The notes beneath the pieces were generated by a model. The model was not told where the DNA came from. It ran no database searches and worked only from the letters and a program-made list of their open reading frames with translations. The position numbers were made by a program, and so were the translations under genes. This document shows, piece by piece, positions 13,043 to 26,335 of a DNA stretch of 64,000 nt; the first letter of the stretch is position 1, and each line of letters begins with the position of its first letter. The stretch is from Octopus vulgaris (Eukaryota), in assembly GCA_951406725.2 (NCBI GenBank), contig OX597820.1, forward strand, positions 13,082,001 through 13,146,000, given 5' to 3'.

Positions 13043-13774
13043 GAAAAATACTTCTGTGCATTGCTTCGCTTCCTTAGTCTTACTAATCTACCTCAATGAT
13101 TTTACGATTCTAGTAGATTTAAATCTGCATACCCACTTCGCCTAAAACTTCATAATTATACAACCGTGTACAAAAATAATTATATTTCATATATTGCAGG
13201 AGTGGCTGTGTGGTAAGTAGCTTGCTAACCAACCACATGGTTCCGGGTTCAGTCCCACTGCGTGGAACCTTGGGCAAGTGTCTTCTGCTATAGCCCCGGG
13301 CCGACCAATGTCTTGTGAGTGGATTTGGTAGACGGAAACTGAAAGAAGCCCGTCGTATATATGTATATATATATATGTATGTGTGTGTGTCTGTGTTTGT
13401 GTGTCTGTATTTGTCCCCCTAACATTGCTTGACAACCGATGCTGATGTGTTCATGTCCCCGTAACTTAGCGGTTCGGCAAAAGGGACCGATAGAATAAGT
13501 ACTGGGCTTACAAAAGAATAAGTCCCGGGGTCGAGTTGCTCGATTAAAGGCGGTGCTCCAGCATGGCCGCAGTCAAATGACTGAAACAAGTAAAAGAGTA
13601 AAAGAGAGTAAAAGAGCAGGAAAAATACTTCTGTGCATTGCTTCACTAGTCTAGTCTTACTAATCTACCTCAATGATTTTACGATTCTAGTACATTTAAA
13701 TCTGCATACCCACTTCGCCTAAAACTTCATAATTATACAACCGTGTACAAAAATAATTATATTTCATATATTGC
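13043..13774. repeat. 155-bp direct repeats (13043-13197, 13620-13774) flanking a SINE A
   Basis: gaaaaatacttctgtgcattgcttc...tatttcatatattgc occurs on both sides of the SINE. Confidence 0.92.
13196..13617 (+). mobile_element. Full-length SINE A
   Basis: gcaggagtggctgtgtggtaag through gactgaaacaagtaaaagagtaaaagagagtaaaagag. Confidence 0.94.
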
Positions 13775-15479
13775 GTAAAAGTACGCATTAATCATATCCA
13801 TAGCGTCAACTGTTTAGACCGTAAGCCGATTAAATAAAAGCTAACAGCATGAAATATATTTATACAGTCGCCTTAATTCGCATAAATCGTGTCACCTATT
13901 TTATCATTGTAACAAAAATATTTAAAACTCCTTCAAACACCGTTTTGAGGAAATACTACAATGTACATGCAAAGCATCCTGGTATGTAGTCAATACAGAT
14001 AACACAGAATATCATAAAATAGCGTCACGATTAATTAATGCACTCGTTATAACCTGCGCTTGTGTATCTCACGGGAACAAGCCCTATTTGTAGCTCACAC
14101 TTCGAAATATAAGTGATAGACCTTGAAATTCCCAGAAGCTCAAGAAACAGTCCATATTTGAGTACGAATCCATGTTGTTACTATGTAAGGTTGTAAAGGC
14201 CATGTTGTCAAGTCGTGTCACATGAAGCAGATAAATTAACGTCACTGAATGCTTTGTGTGAAGACAGAAAGACAAAGTTATGAAAATTCATGTTTTGAAA
14301 TTAGCGGAATAATTTTTATAACTTTTTGAAAGGATATGTTTTTATGGAATATTTCTAGCGATGCAAAAATCAGGGTAATTCACAAAAGCTTTGCAAAGAT
14401 ATTGTGTAAAGTAATCAAATGACTTTGAAGAGATATTTAAAGTCGATTTTAGCGAAGTAATATCACAAATAGAGCATCAATTTCCTTCATATTTTAGCCA
14501 AATATAAACCAATCAGAGACGCCTCTTTCAGTATTAGTCGCTGATTTCCAATGTCCAGTTTTTTTTAATAATCAAATACAAACTTCAGAGCCAGAGAATA
14601 ATGCAAAGTTCATAGACTGTTACAACAATAATCATTCACCACTAAAAATATGATAATTAAAATAAATTGATTGCACTCAATGTACTTCAGTTTGATTGTT
14701 AAAGTAATTATTTGTGGTTATAATAAGATCAAAAATAATTTGATGGTGATCAACAAAACTCGTTTAATTCATGTAATGTATTTTGTACACTTTATACATT
14801 TTATTTTATACTTTGTAATTGTTACCCACTACTCAGAGATTGTCATTCATCCTTCGGCAATCGATACACGATGCATTGATCGCATATATAGTATATATTA
14901 TATGGATTGTTCAATTGACTGCACTCTTTTTCAATAAAACTACATGACTCACGAATTTTCAAGTGAAATTATATCTGCAGACGGACTAGCTGTCAATATA
15001 TCACTGAAAAGAGAGAATGCAATAATGATAGATAATATAGAGTTTCGTTAAATGATGACGATGGTTAAGTATTGAATAAGTTGCAGAATATAGCGATCAC
15101 AATGCATACTGCTGAGATGACTGCAAATAGAATTTATGATAAATGTTTATTAATGGTGTAGAACTTTTCTGAGCTGTTGAAAAAGGTAAAACTATTTTAG
15201 AAAAGACAATTGAATGCTGGGTATTGTTAGTGCGTTGTCGAAGACTATTTGAGAATCGGTGGAGCGGTGGGTGGAAAATCTGCGGAGATGCATGAAGATT
15301 ACTAGGATATAATGAGGGGTTTGTTGGAAAGCACTGGGTGTAAAGAAAATATCAAAAATTAAACATAACTTAATCTACCCAGGAATAAAGTGGAAGCAAA
15401 TGCTAGGGGTTCCGAGAGTATTTTTAATTGAATCAATATCGAAAATAATTCAATAAAAAGCCAAACAATTGTTTTCACT

Positions 15480-16300
15480 TTAATTTTATTTTTATCTTTT
15501 ATTTGTCCGTGTTTGTATTTGTAGGTTTGTATTTAGAACTTGTATGTTTGTTCATCAATTCCTCTTTGTTTTTTTTTACACAAAACATATTTAGGATAAC
15601 GAATGCAGTTTACGCACAGCGGTAGCTGATTCCATAACAAATTATACACTTAGCGAATTATGAATCTGCCTTTCTTTTATTTTGTTACTGACTAATTCCG
15701 GATCTGAATTTATTCAATAGGCAGAAATATGGGTAGTTTTCTTATTAATTTTTAATGGATTTTTATTTTAGATTTCAGCTAATATTATTGATATTTTGTT
15801 TCAAACGTCTGTTCATGGCAATTAGTTTTCCTAGCCGTCGAATTATTTTCTAATAGATCTATGCAAACAGACGCATTAACGTCAAACATATTTTAGTCGT
15901 TACACGTATTTGAGGATAACTGTAATACTCAGAGTATTACATGTAAGATTCTTGGATTTATTTCTATGCTTGTGATGTATTTTGTACAAGGTCTTGTTTC
16001 TTTAATGCATGTACTTTCAATTTGAATCCTGAACAATAAATTCGTTTTCTGGTTTTGTACGTCAAATAACAGTAAAATGGTTACAAATCAAAGTCTAAGT
16101 TTTCAAGTAAGTCTCTTCACTTTCCTTCCTATTTCGTAGTGATTTCACTATTGATATCGAACAAGGATTTCGCGTGATTCATTTAGCTATCGTCATTTTA
16201 TGATATTCGAAAATAAACAAAAAAAGCATCTACACAGAACAAAGCATTAAAAAATTTTAGAGAACAATTAATCGCCAACTTCAATACGATTGCTGTCAGA
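15480..16300 (-). mobile_element. Very old L2/CR1-like LINE remnant (tentative)
   Basis: Minus-strand LLWNQLPLCV (LINE C-terminal WNxLP motif) near 15610-15640, followed by an A-rich tail. The rest is too decayed to read. Confidence 0.3.
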
Positions 16301-16998
16301 ATTTCATAAGTTTTGTGTAAGATAGCTTTCTACAATTTCCTTTTAATTCGTAGTTATGTTTCAACCTCTGATCTAATTCACAAATTATTGCATTATTCAT
16401 ATGGATGAAATTGCCTATGAAGACAATAGTTGCTGGAAAAACAATAACACAATGCCACCGTGTAATAGAACGAATAGATCAAAAAGCTAAACTATAGTTG
16501 AAATCGTTAAAGTTCTCTTCGGATAATACTATTTCTCCCATAACCATAGTTTAGACTGTTAATGTCCTTACAATTCTCTTTGTAGATTTCTTTGTTTCTG
16601 TTCGGAGATTTAATAATGGATTTGGTTTTGGTTGTATTAAAATTTGTCCGTATAGTTATGGTCATATTGATACATGTATTTGTGACTGTGTTCAAGGTCA
16701 TTGTTGCATTTAAATTTATGAATAATGGTTAATTTTACATCATAATTAGGTGTACATTATTAATGTCGTGGTTTTGTACAATTCAATTTTTCACACTGAA
16801 ATCCCGTGATGTATTCATGATTTTCTATTCAAGTCCATTAATGTCTTCCTTCTAAGGATGTTTATAATATTAAATTTATCCTGTCATTGATATTCTCATT
16901 GCAACAGAGCTATATATTTCAAATTCATTTAAGGTTCAAATCCGATAAATTTCCAGCAATTTTCTTAGTGAAATTGTACGTTGATAAGAATTGCTACT

Positions 16999-17256
16999 GT
17001 TTTACTCTTTTGTTTCAGTCATTTGATTGTGGCCATGCTGGAGCACCGCCTTTAATCGGGCAAATCGATCCCAGAGCTTATTTTTTGTAAGCCTAGTACT
17101 TATTCTATCGGTGTCTTTTGCCGAACCGCTAAGTTACAGGGACTTAACACACCAGCATCGGTTGTCAAGTCAAGCGATGTTGGGAAGACAAACACAGACA
17201 CAGACACAGAAACGTATACACACACACACACATACATACATACATACATACATACA

Positions 17257-17327
<71 letters not shown>

Positions 17328-17486
17328 GACAGGCTTTTTTCAGTTCCCGTCTGCCAAATCTACTCACAAGGCTTTGGTCGGCCGGAGGCTATAGTAGAAG
17401 ACACTTGTCCAAGGTGCCACGCAGTGAGACTGAGCCAGGAACCATGTGGTTGGTAAGCTACTTACCACACAACCACTCCTATGCCT
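16999..17486 (-). mobile_element. Full-length SINE A with internal (CA)/(TACA)/(TA)
   Basis: Family A head, core and tail. Confidence 0.92.
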
Positions 17487-17639
17487 AGTCAATAAAAGCG
17501 ATCAATATCTATATTTTGGAAACTTTTCCCTCGACCTCTGAACTCATAAGGCCGGTTACTTTGTTTCTTTAGCGTATAAGTGAACGAGCTCACAACGTTC
17601 CCCTGAAAGAGGTGCCAGTCCATTGCGGGATTCATAGAC

Positions 17640-17830
17640 AGAAATTCTGAGGGATGGGGTAATTGATTACATCGACCCCAATACTTGACTGGTATTTTAT
17701 TTTATCGACCTCGAAGGTTTGAAAAGCAAAGTAGATTTTGGTGTTATTTGAATTCAGAAAGTGAAAAGCTGGGAGAAACGCCGCTAAGCCATTTGTCCAA
17801 ACGTGCTAACAAGTATATCAGCTCGTTACT
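17640..17830 (-). mobile_element. Degenerate SINE B
   Basis: gattacatcgaccccaatacttgactggtattttattttatcgacctcgaagg. Confidence 0.75.
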
Positions 17831-18461
17831 TTCTTAAGCTGCAAAATCACAAAACTTTACAGTTAGCATTCCTAAACCAAGAAATGTAATTTATATACGT
17901 TAGGGAAGTCGAATGATGCATATATCTTTTGCGAACCATTCTAGACTGTTGTGATTAATGTGATTGATACCAAGCGAAAATTAACATCCGTCTGCAAGAA
18001 AAAAAAACCGTGAACAGAATGATATCGAAGAAGCTGGTGTCTCAAATTACAACAGTGCGCTTGACTACAATAAAAGGAGCCGAAGACCAGATTATGTGTA
18101 TTAATAAAATATCATGCGACAACGATTTATTGATAAAGTTCAAAATTTGAAGATATGCTAATAGGGATTAGTATTGTACTAAATAAGATTTGCATAGCTG
18201 TCGTAGATTGTTACAAAAGCTATTTCCGGAAACAGAGTTATTAAGAAGATATTCTTTAGCGATTATTTTGTTTCATTATCATGAATCTTAATCGCTATAT
18301 TTAAAACGGATATTGTTTAAACAGGCATATTTATTTAAATAAGATTCATTTAAAAACAAATACAACTTTCAAACCGTATTTTCGAGACAGTGCAATACGC
18401 TTCCTTTCCTATTTATTTCCGTTGCAGTAATCTTGTATTAGAAAACTTTAAATGTTTTTAC

Positions 18462-18667
18462 TTAATCGGCTTACGGTCTAAACAGTTGACGCTATGAATA
18501 TGATTAATGCGTACTTTTACACAATATACGAAATATAATTATTTTTGTACACGGTTGTATAATGATGAAGATTTAGGCGAAGAGGCTATGCAGATTTAAA
18601 TGTACTAGAATCGTAAAATCGTTGAGGTAGATTAGTAAGACTAGGGAAGCGAAGCAATGCACAGAAG
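18462..18667 (-). repeat. Inverted copy of 13628-13833
   Basis: ttaatcggcttacggtctaaacagttgacgcta...gaagcaatgcacagaag is the reverse complement of the segment at 13.6-13.8 kb. Confidence 0.92.
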
Positions 18668-19009
18668 ACGAGTAACCAGCCTGAGAAGTATATGTTTTAA
18701 CCAAGCGTAAAAACTAGGTGACAGGTTGAATTTTTTCGTCTACTCCAGACAAAATATGACGACAATTGTTTCTTTTATCAAGACGAAATATCGTACTTAC
18801 AGAAAATTTGGAAAAGAAGATTGTTATATTCACACCTTTACCGGGTTTATTAGCGACGCAAATAAACGCTTGCGGTTGCTGTGTTACAACCAAATTGTAA
18901 ATGGTTGCTAGATTACAACTATATCACGGCCGACACCACAATTAAATGTGTAATGAATTAAGCATGAACATGTTAGGCAAGTCGAATCAACATTCTTTTT
19001 TTTTTTTTG

Positions 19010-19210
19010 TATGCAACAGAATCGTTAGTACGCCGGATAAAATGCTTAGCGGCATTTTGTTGATCTTTATGTCCTAAGTTCAAATTTCTTCGGGATCGAT
19101 TTTGCTTTTCATTATTTCAGAGTCAATAATAGAAAGTACCAATTAAGCACTATTCATCGACCAAGTCCTCTCGGAGAAAAATTACAGGCTTTGTGTCTAT
19201 TGTAGAGAAA
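19010..19210 (+). mobile_element. Degenerate SINE B
   Basis: cagaatcgttagtacgccggataaaatgcttagcggcatttt head and diverged core. Confidence 0.75.
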
Positions 19211-20094
19211 ATGTTTTATACAAGAATGATTGGCCCTTACATAACTGCAAAGCATCCTAAACATTAAATGTAGCTGATATGTTTATCATCGTTCGAAGTG
19301 GATGTAAACACTTCAGAAAAACTACACAAAGTATTAAATATAGGAATCCATCAAAATTCATGAGAAGCCTTGGAAGGTCAACACGTCAAAGTTTCTTGTG
19401 TTAGCGTATCATAACAAGTTGAAACTTAGAATATGTCTAAATTGATCCTTTGGTATTTCTAATCAAAATATGACAACCGAACCCTTACCAGATTTATGGG
19501 TTAAGTCATTTTATAAATACGTTTACTATTAGAAACGGAATAAACATCGCAGAACGCGTATTATACGCTGAACCTCGATACAAAATCATATTTCCTTGAT
19601 AATCTTATAATGACATTTCTCGTTGATTTTCGCCCCTAAGTTATAGGTTGCCAGTGTTTTCTATTTCAATCGTCCGTAACATATCTACTCTGACAGAACT
19701 GTCACGGCTAATTAACAAGTAGTAACATAAAAGCTATTTGAAAACATTTACGTTTTCTTTGAGCAAAATACGTAATTATAGAGGCGGGCTTTCTTATTTT
19801 TGATATCTATATTATTACTTACCGGAGTAACACTGAAACAGAAATTCGTATAAAAAGGAAATGAAATACATATTCTGTACTAAAGTGTAAAACTTGACTT
19901 AGAGAAAGTTCGAGCTGACGCTGAGGTGTAAGATTAAGGCAGACAGAAAGCAGAAGCTTCGAAATAGGTAAATTTCTTCAAGAGTCTAGATGTACGAGTG
20001 AAGAGCTGAGTAAAGTATAACTGGCGGAGTATGGCTTAAGATGTCTTTTTGTGAAGTGGCGTAAAATTTAACTTTCATTCTTCCGAATGTATCA

Positions 20095-20326
20095 GGGGTA
20101 GGCATGGTTGTGTGGTTAGGAATCTCGCTTTGCACCCACATAGTTGTAGGTTCATTCCTACTGCGTGGCACCGTGAGCTTGTGTCGTCTTCTGCTATAGA
20201 TCTGTCCTGACCAATGCTTTGTGAGTGAATGAGAAACTGTGTGGAAATTCGTATGTATATATGTATGTATGTATTATGTATGTATGTATGTATGTATGTA
20301 TGTATGTATGTATGTATGTATGTATC

Positions 20327-20372
<46 letters not shown>

Positions 20373-20535
20373 CGTGCGTGTGTGTGTGCGTGTCTGTAGT
20401 ATTTCGCCCCAACCCATTGCTTGACAATCGATGTTGGTCTGTTTATGCACCCGCAATATGACGGTTCGGTAAAGAAGCTGATGAAATAAATACGTGTCTT
20501 TTAAAACATAATCACTGGCGTCCATCTGTTCGAGC
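20095..20535 (+). mobile_element. Degenerate SINE A
   Basis: ggcatggttgtgtggttag head, ctgcgtggcacc, internal (TATG)/(TG) array. Confidence 0.75.
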
Positions 20536-20667
20536 AAACCATTTCCAGCCTAATGCTTGAGACAAGTTGAAAATCACAAGCACAGGCGATGATTATATTT
20601 ATAATCGATCCTCCAACAAATGGAAAGTATAGTGTCGATGACATAAATTAACATTTTTACTTCACAA

Positions 20668-21050
20668 CTAGCAGTATCGCCCGGCGTTGCTCAGGTTTGT
20701 AAGGGAAATAACTATAAAGCATTTTTAGAGAGTTATAGCCAAAAGATAGCAAAAAGATGGAAAAAAATGATGGTAAATTTTTTTTTAGTTAAAAAAGGTG
20801 GAGTTGCGTCCCCTAGACAGTTTGCGGTTTGTGTTTCTGATTCTCGACCCCATGTCGAATTTATCGATTTTTTTTCAGAACTGGGGGAACTTTTCAAAAT
20901 TTTCGCTGTGTTAGTTTTGAATTATGACATTGGGCTATGTGTGTGTCAAGTTTCATCAGAATCGGTTGAAAGCCGTGGTCAGGGTGAGGGTACAAGCAAA
21001 CAGACACACAGAAACACGCACAGACAAACTGTCGTTTATATAGAGAGAGA
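20668..21050 (-). mobile_element. Non-autonomous Helitron
   Basis: Same 3' terminus as 5725-6121 (ctagcagtatcgcccggcgttgctc on +), 5' TCtctctctatataaac on minus, A|T insertion site; different interior. Confidence 0.88.
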
Positions 21051-21207
21051 TATACATTACATCTTCTGTTAGCGGCCATGCTGGGGCACCACCTTTAAAG
21101 GTAATAGTGATACAAACTGATCCTTGTACATATAGTTTTAAGTCTATCGATATCTTAGACTGAAATACTTACGTCATCAGTTATCAGGTGGTATAGGTAG
21201 GTGAGAA

Positions 21208-21438
21208 GACGGCGAGCTGGCAGAATCGTTAGTACTCCAGGCAAAATGCTTTGCGGTATTTCGTCTGCCGCTACGTTCTGAGTTCAAATTCCGCCGAGGT
21301 CGACTTTACCTTTCATACTTTCGGGGTCGATAAATTAAGTGCCATTTACGCACTGGGGTCGATGTAATCGACTTAATACTTATGTCTGTCCTTGTTTGTC
21401 CTCTCTGTATCTAGCCCCTTGTGGGTAGTAAAGAAATA
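21208..21438 (+). mobile_element. Full-length SINE B monomer with 18-bp TSD
   Basis: Flanked by ggtataggtaggtgagaa at 21190-21207 and 21439-21456. Confidence 0.93.
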
Positions 21439-21639
21439 GGTATAGGTAGGTGAGAAACATAAACACAAAATCATACACTGATAAGTATATATGCAGCCTA
21501 CCAAATTCCTACCTTACCGAATGAATATTCCAGTCATTTTATCTTAACTTCGATTTTTTGGCAGTTTCCCAAGAATATTCTCAAGAAGTATAGCGAGGTG
21601 AAAACACATACAAAGACACAAATATATGCATTTATACAG

Positions 21640-21793
21640 CAGGCTTCCACGCAGTTTCCGTCTACATTCACACGTAAAGCATTGGTCGGTCCAGGGCTAT
21701 TGTAGCAGATTCTTGGTGCAACACAGTGGTACTGAACCAGAAACCATTTCGCTGCAAACCGATCCTCTTAACCACACGGGCATATCTGCGCCT
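21640..21793 (-). mobile_element. Degenerate SINE A 5' part
   Basis: cagtttccgtctac...ttggtcggtccagggcta...tctgcgcct. Confidence 0.7.
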
Positions 21794-22596
21794 ACGTCTG
21801 CGTACATTTCGTTTTTGTGTTTCCTTCCAATATAGTTTTTCACAATATGAAGGTCAATCCAAACAGCCAGAAAAAGTTGGTATTTTGATCAAAATCACTT
21901 GCTATTTTAGAATTATACTATTAACATAATAATATCGTAAAATAGCATTTTAATAAAAGAAAATTTTTCTTTCAATATTAGCGCCAGAGGATGTCATTTC
22001 GGTATTCTTCGCTTTTACAGTAAACAGTTATTAGAATTAGAAAAATCCGTCACGTAAGCAGGGTCAAAATATTGTTAAGATGGAAGAAAAAAATGTGTAT
22101 TCACAGCATGAATGTTTCCTCCAATATTATTTGTTCCGTGCTCTTATTTAATGGAAGTTAAAATGAACATCGGAAGAACGGCTTCTGTGAAAAAAGAAAC
22201 AAAAATAGTTACTACTTCAAACACCTGACAATATATTATGGGGAAAAATAAATAATGTATTTTGGTGAAAACAAATTTAAAAGTATCTTAGTTATAGTAT
22301 TTTATTAGTCTAACAGGAAAATTAATACATTTTAATTTTTCATTTGTGTATCAATACATGAATGAATAAGAGGTTATTTTTTAATTGAAATCATTGTTTT
22401 CACAACTGTGCTGCGGTTATTCTTTGATAAAATCAGGGAAGATAACTCTGACAAAAACATCTTAGAGATGAGTGAATACATTCATTCGTGTAAAGGAACT
22501 CAAATTGCTGGAAATAGCGGCAAAATTTCCTTTAAATCGCATCCTCTTGTCTTAAATAAGGATTTAAAAAATGACATTGAGCAATTTATTTGTACA

Positions 22597-23045
22597 GGCG
22601 CAGGAAAGGCCTCGTGATTAATGAAAACATGGCTTCACGTCTAGTCCTACCAACAGAACGCTAGGTAAGTGTCTTCAAACATAGCTCCGCACCAACGAAT
22701 GCCATGTGAAGCCCGTTTTGTGTTTATATATGTATATACATTCATTCACACACACACACACACAAACATAGATATGAATGTATGATTGTCTTTATCTATT
22801 TGTGCGTGTTGTCTTCTCTGTATTTGTCCTCCACTAACCCCTTGGTATCCAGCGTTGGTTTGTTTATCCCCTCATAGCTTAGCGGCTCGGCAAAAGAAAG
22901 CGAATAAACAAGCACCTGAGCAGTGTATACAATAATTTCATTATATTAAGCACCAGGCTTCAAATAAGCACTGCAGTGAATTTCTTCGACCGAAACCCTG
23001 CAAAGCAGTGCCCCAGCATGACCGCAGTGCCAAATAAAAGATAAA
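22597..23045 (+). mobile_element. Degenerate SINE A
   Basis: aggcgcagga head; agcttagcggctcggcaaaag core; gcagtgccccagcatgaccgcagt tail. Confidence 0.65.
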
Positions 23046-23384
23046 CAATAAAGACAACCGAAAAAGACAAGATGGCTACATCTGAAATACCTTTCATTGA
23101 TCTAATCAATCGGGATTGTCTCCGAGCTAAACAACAGCAGCAGCAGTAGCAGTTACATCAATGGTTACATCAATGCAGAATTTTACGAGAGAAAAGGAAG
23201 AAGCAATAAAAAAGCATCGGAGTAATTTGAATAAGAAGTCAACAAGTTCTAAACCTCTAAACGAGGATGTTACGTCCATTATATCACAGCCGCAAACTGG
23301 GAACGATGTCTGTAGTGTCTAGGTTAAATATAGTAATATTTTTCATAGGTTAGATATGTAATACGCGTGTGCCCGTGTAAGTGT

Positions 23385-23519
23385 ATGCATATGTATGTGT
23401 GTGTCTGTGTATGTATATATATATATATATATATATATACATACATACATATATATATATACATATATATATATGTAAATATATATATATATTCACATAT
23501 ATATATACATATATATATA

Positions 23520-23578
<59 letters not shown>

Positions 23579-23586
23579 CATATATA

Positions 23587-23639
<53 letters not shown>

Positions 23640-23824
23640 GTCGGTGTTTGTAGATGTGCATATGTGTGGATGTATGTATGAGTGTGTTTATGCGAGTGTG
23701 TGCATGCGTCTGTGTGTCAGTGCATCTGCGTGCGAGAGACTATATTTATGATATTGTGAGCACGGAGATATATTATATGACTTGTTCACTTTCAACACAC
23801 ACACACACACACAAACATATACAA

Positions 23825-23880
<56 letters not shown>
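23385..23880. repeat. (TA)n/(TG)n/(CA)n microsatellite cluster
   Basis: Directly visible. Confidence 0.9.
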
Positions 23881-23883
<3 letters not shown>

Positions 23884-24272
23884 CTAACTAGAAATGGAGA
23901 CAAGGTCCAGGCGGCAGAGAATAATGCCTGTTGTTATGTTGTTACGCTTACATAAGCCTATAGAATTACGAGACTAAAATTTTAATAGGAGGCAATCATG
24001 CAACATAACGAGAGGCAAGAAGAAGAGAGCAACACCTAATAGGTTTTTGTCCAGTAAAAATGCAATTAGAAATTCCATACAAAATACTCATTGAGTGTCG
24101 ACATTGTGGTTAGGCGCTATCAGAGCCGAGTGTAAAGAAAACTCGTTTTACAAACGCGTGATTTGGCGTTCAATTCTACGTTGGAAGTGTATCGGCTGCC
24201 ATAACCCCAGGTTGACTATTGCCGTGTAAGTGAATACAGTGGTCTCAAAATTGTGTAGAAGCTTGTTATGTG

Positions 24273-24301
<29 letters not shown>

Positions 24302-24308
<7 letters not shown>

Positions 24309-25428
24309 TAAATTAGAGATAAAACCACTATTAGGCAAATCAAACAGTGAAAAACATAAGCCAATACATAAAATTAATTTAAAAATATAAAAGTTAAAAT
24401 TTTAAAATTATTTAAATAATTTAAACTTATAAATTTTATATATATACATACACATACGTATATATATATGTATGTATATTTTTATATTTATATATTATTT
24501 TATTTATTAATTAATTAATTTATTTATTTATTTATTTTTAATTATATAAATATCAAGAGTATTAAAAGTTTAATAAAAGATAAAGAGTAAAACACTACGA
24601 TCGTTTCATGGCTGTACCAATTCGAATAATAATAATTTAAATTCAATTAATAATTCGAATTATGGTTACAGTCAATCTTCAGGTTAATTGAAATATTTTA
24701 AAAAATAATCAGAAATATTTAAACAATATTTTTAAAGATATAAATAATATAATAATTTTACTTATAATAAACTCTATTATCAAACTAGAAACTTAAAACT
24801 TAACGATTATGATTATATCAAAATCGATTATAATGTTAAATATTAATTTTAATTTTTAAAGTAAGAAACCCACCAATAATCTAATATCGGTAATAGTCTA
24901 TATCTAATTACATAAATATTTATTTTTTAAAAAATGAAAAAAAATGACTATTATAAATAAATTATCAATGAAAATATGTAAATGTATATAAATATTATAA
25001 TTAAGAACTAAAATATTCTCTATAAATAGATATATATGCACATATAATAAAGACCTAATAAATTAATTTTTCATATTTAAAGATGAAATAGCTAATTTCA
25101 AAAATACAAACAAACAAACTTAAACGAACTTTCGGAAATCTTATATTTAAAATACTTATAGAAATAATCATTTCGTTGTTATATAGTATCGAATAAATAC
25201 TATAAATACTATAAATATATTTATCAATGGGAATAAAACTAGCAAATATCAATTTAAAATGATAATAACTAAGTTATGCTATTAAGTTAGACATGGCCTG
25301 GACCAATATTTGGTCGAAACATATCTAAGTTTATCTAAGTTTATCTAATTTTAATTATAAGAAATTTAAAACTACTATTAATGCTATTAAAACATGTATA
25401 AACATAAACTTAACTTTAGACAACTCGT
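24302..25428 (-). mobile_element. Extremely AT-rich Penelope-like (probably non-autonomous) element abutting (TA)n
   Basis: Bordered by (TA)n; carries a minimal hammerhead motif typical of Penelope-like terminal repeats; no intact ORF. Confidence 0.55.
24593..24686 (-). ncRNA. Minimal type I hammerhead ribozyme motif (Penelope-type)
   Basis: Minus strand: CUGAAGA, long stem II (ugacuguaacca..aauucgaau / auucgaauu..gguacagcca), GAAA-C-GAUC-G-UA with palindromic ACGAUCGU. Stem I is weak. Confidence 0.6.
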
Positions 25429-25600
25429 ATAAAAAGACAAAACCCGTCAATGGGCCGAAGAACTCAGAAGAGTCAACGGCCATCCAATAAATTATGTAAA
25501 GTTGTGTGGGTATATTTTGTGTTGTGTGTGTGTGTGCATGTGTGTGCATGTGTGTGTATTCTTGTGTGTATTTTTGTTTATGAATTATTCTGAATAATTT

Positions 25601-25644
<44 letters not shown>

Positions 25645-25869
25645 TCTTTATATATATATATATATATAGAAATTATTCAGAACAATTCATAAACAAAAAT
25701 ACACACAAGAATACACACACATACACACACACACGCTCACACACACACGCTCACACACACACGCTCACACACACAACACAAAATAGACCCACACAACTTT
25801 ACACAATTTATTGGATGGCCGTTGACTCTTCTGAGTTCTTCGGCCCATTGATGGGTCTTGTCTTTTTAT
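25429..25869. repeat. Long inverted repeat centred on (TA)n (arms 25429-25601 and 25669-25869)
   Basis: Arms share tgggccgaagaactcagaagagtcaacggccatccaataaatt and tattcttgtgtgtatttttgtttatgaatt in opposite orientation. Confidence 0.92.
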
Positions 25870-25943
25870 CCCGCAGAGTGTCCAACAGTCACCCTCCTCA
25901 CCAAGTGATCTTGGTGGAATTTCCAGTTTACACACACACACAA

Positions 25944-25988
<45 letters not shown>

Positions 25989-26002
25989 CATACATACATA
26001 CA

Positions 26003-26034
<32 letters not shown>

Positions 26035-26108
26035 CATAGACACACATAATATTTGTATGTATATATATATTTATATATATATACACGTATGTGTATGTGT
26101 GTAATAGT

Positions 26109-26335
<227 letters not shown>

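Noticed and set aside
24302-25428. Mitochondrial control-region insertion (NUMT) suggested by AT richness
   Set aside because: No mitochondrial tRNA, rRNA or protein motifs recognised; the hammerhead and (TA)n context fit a Penelope-like origin better.
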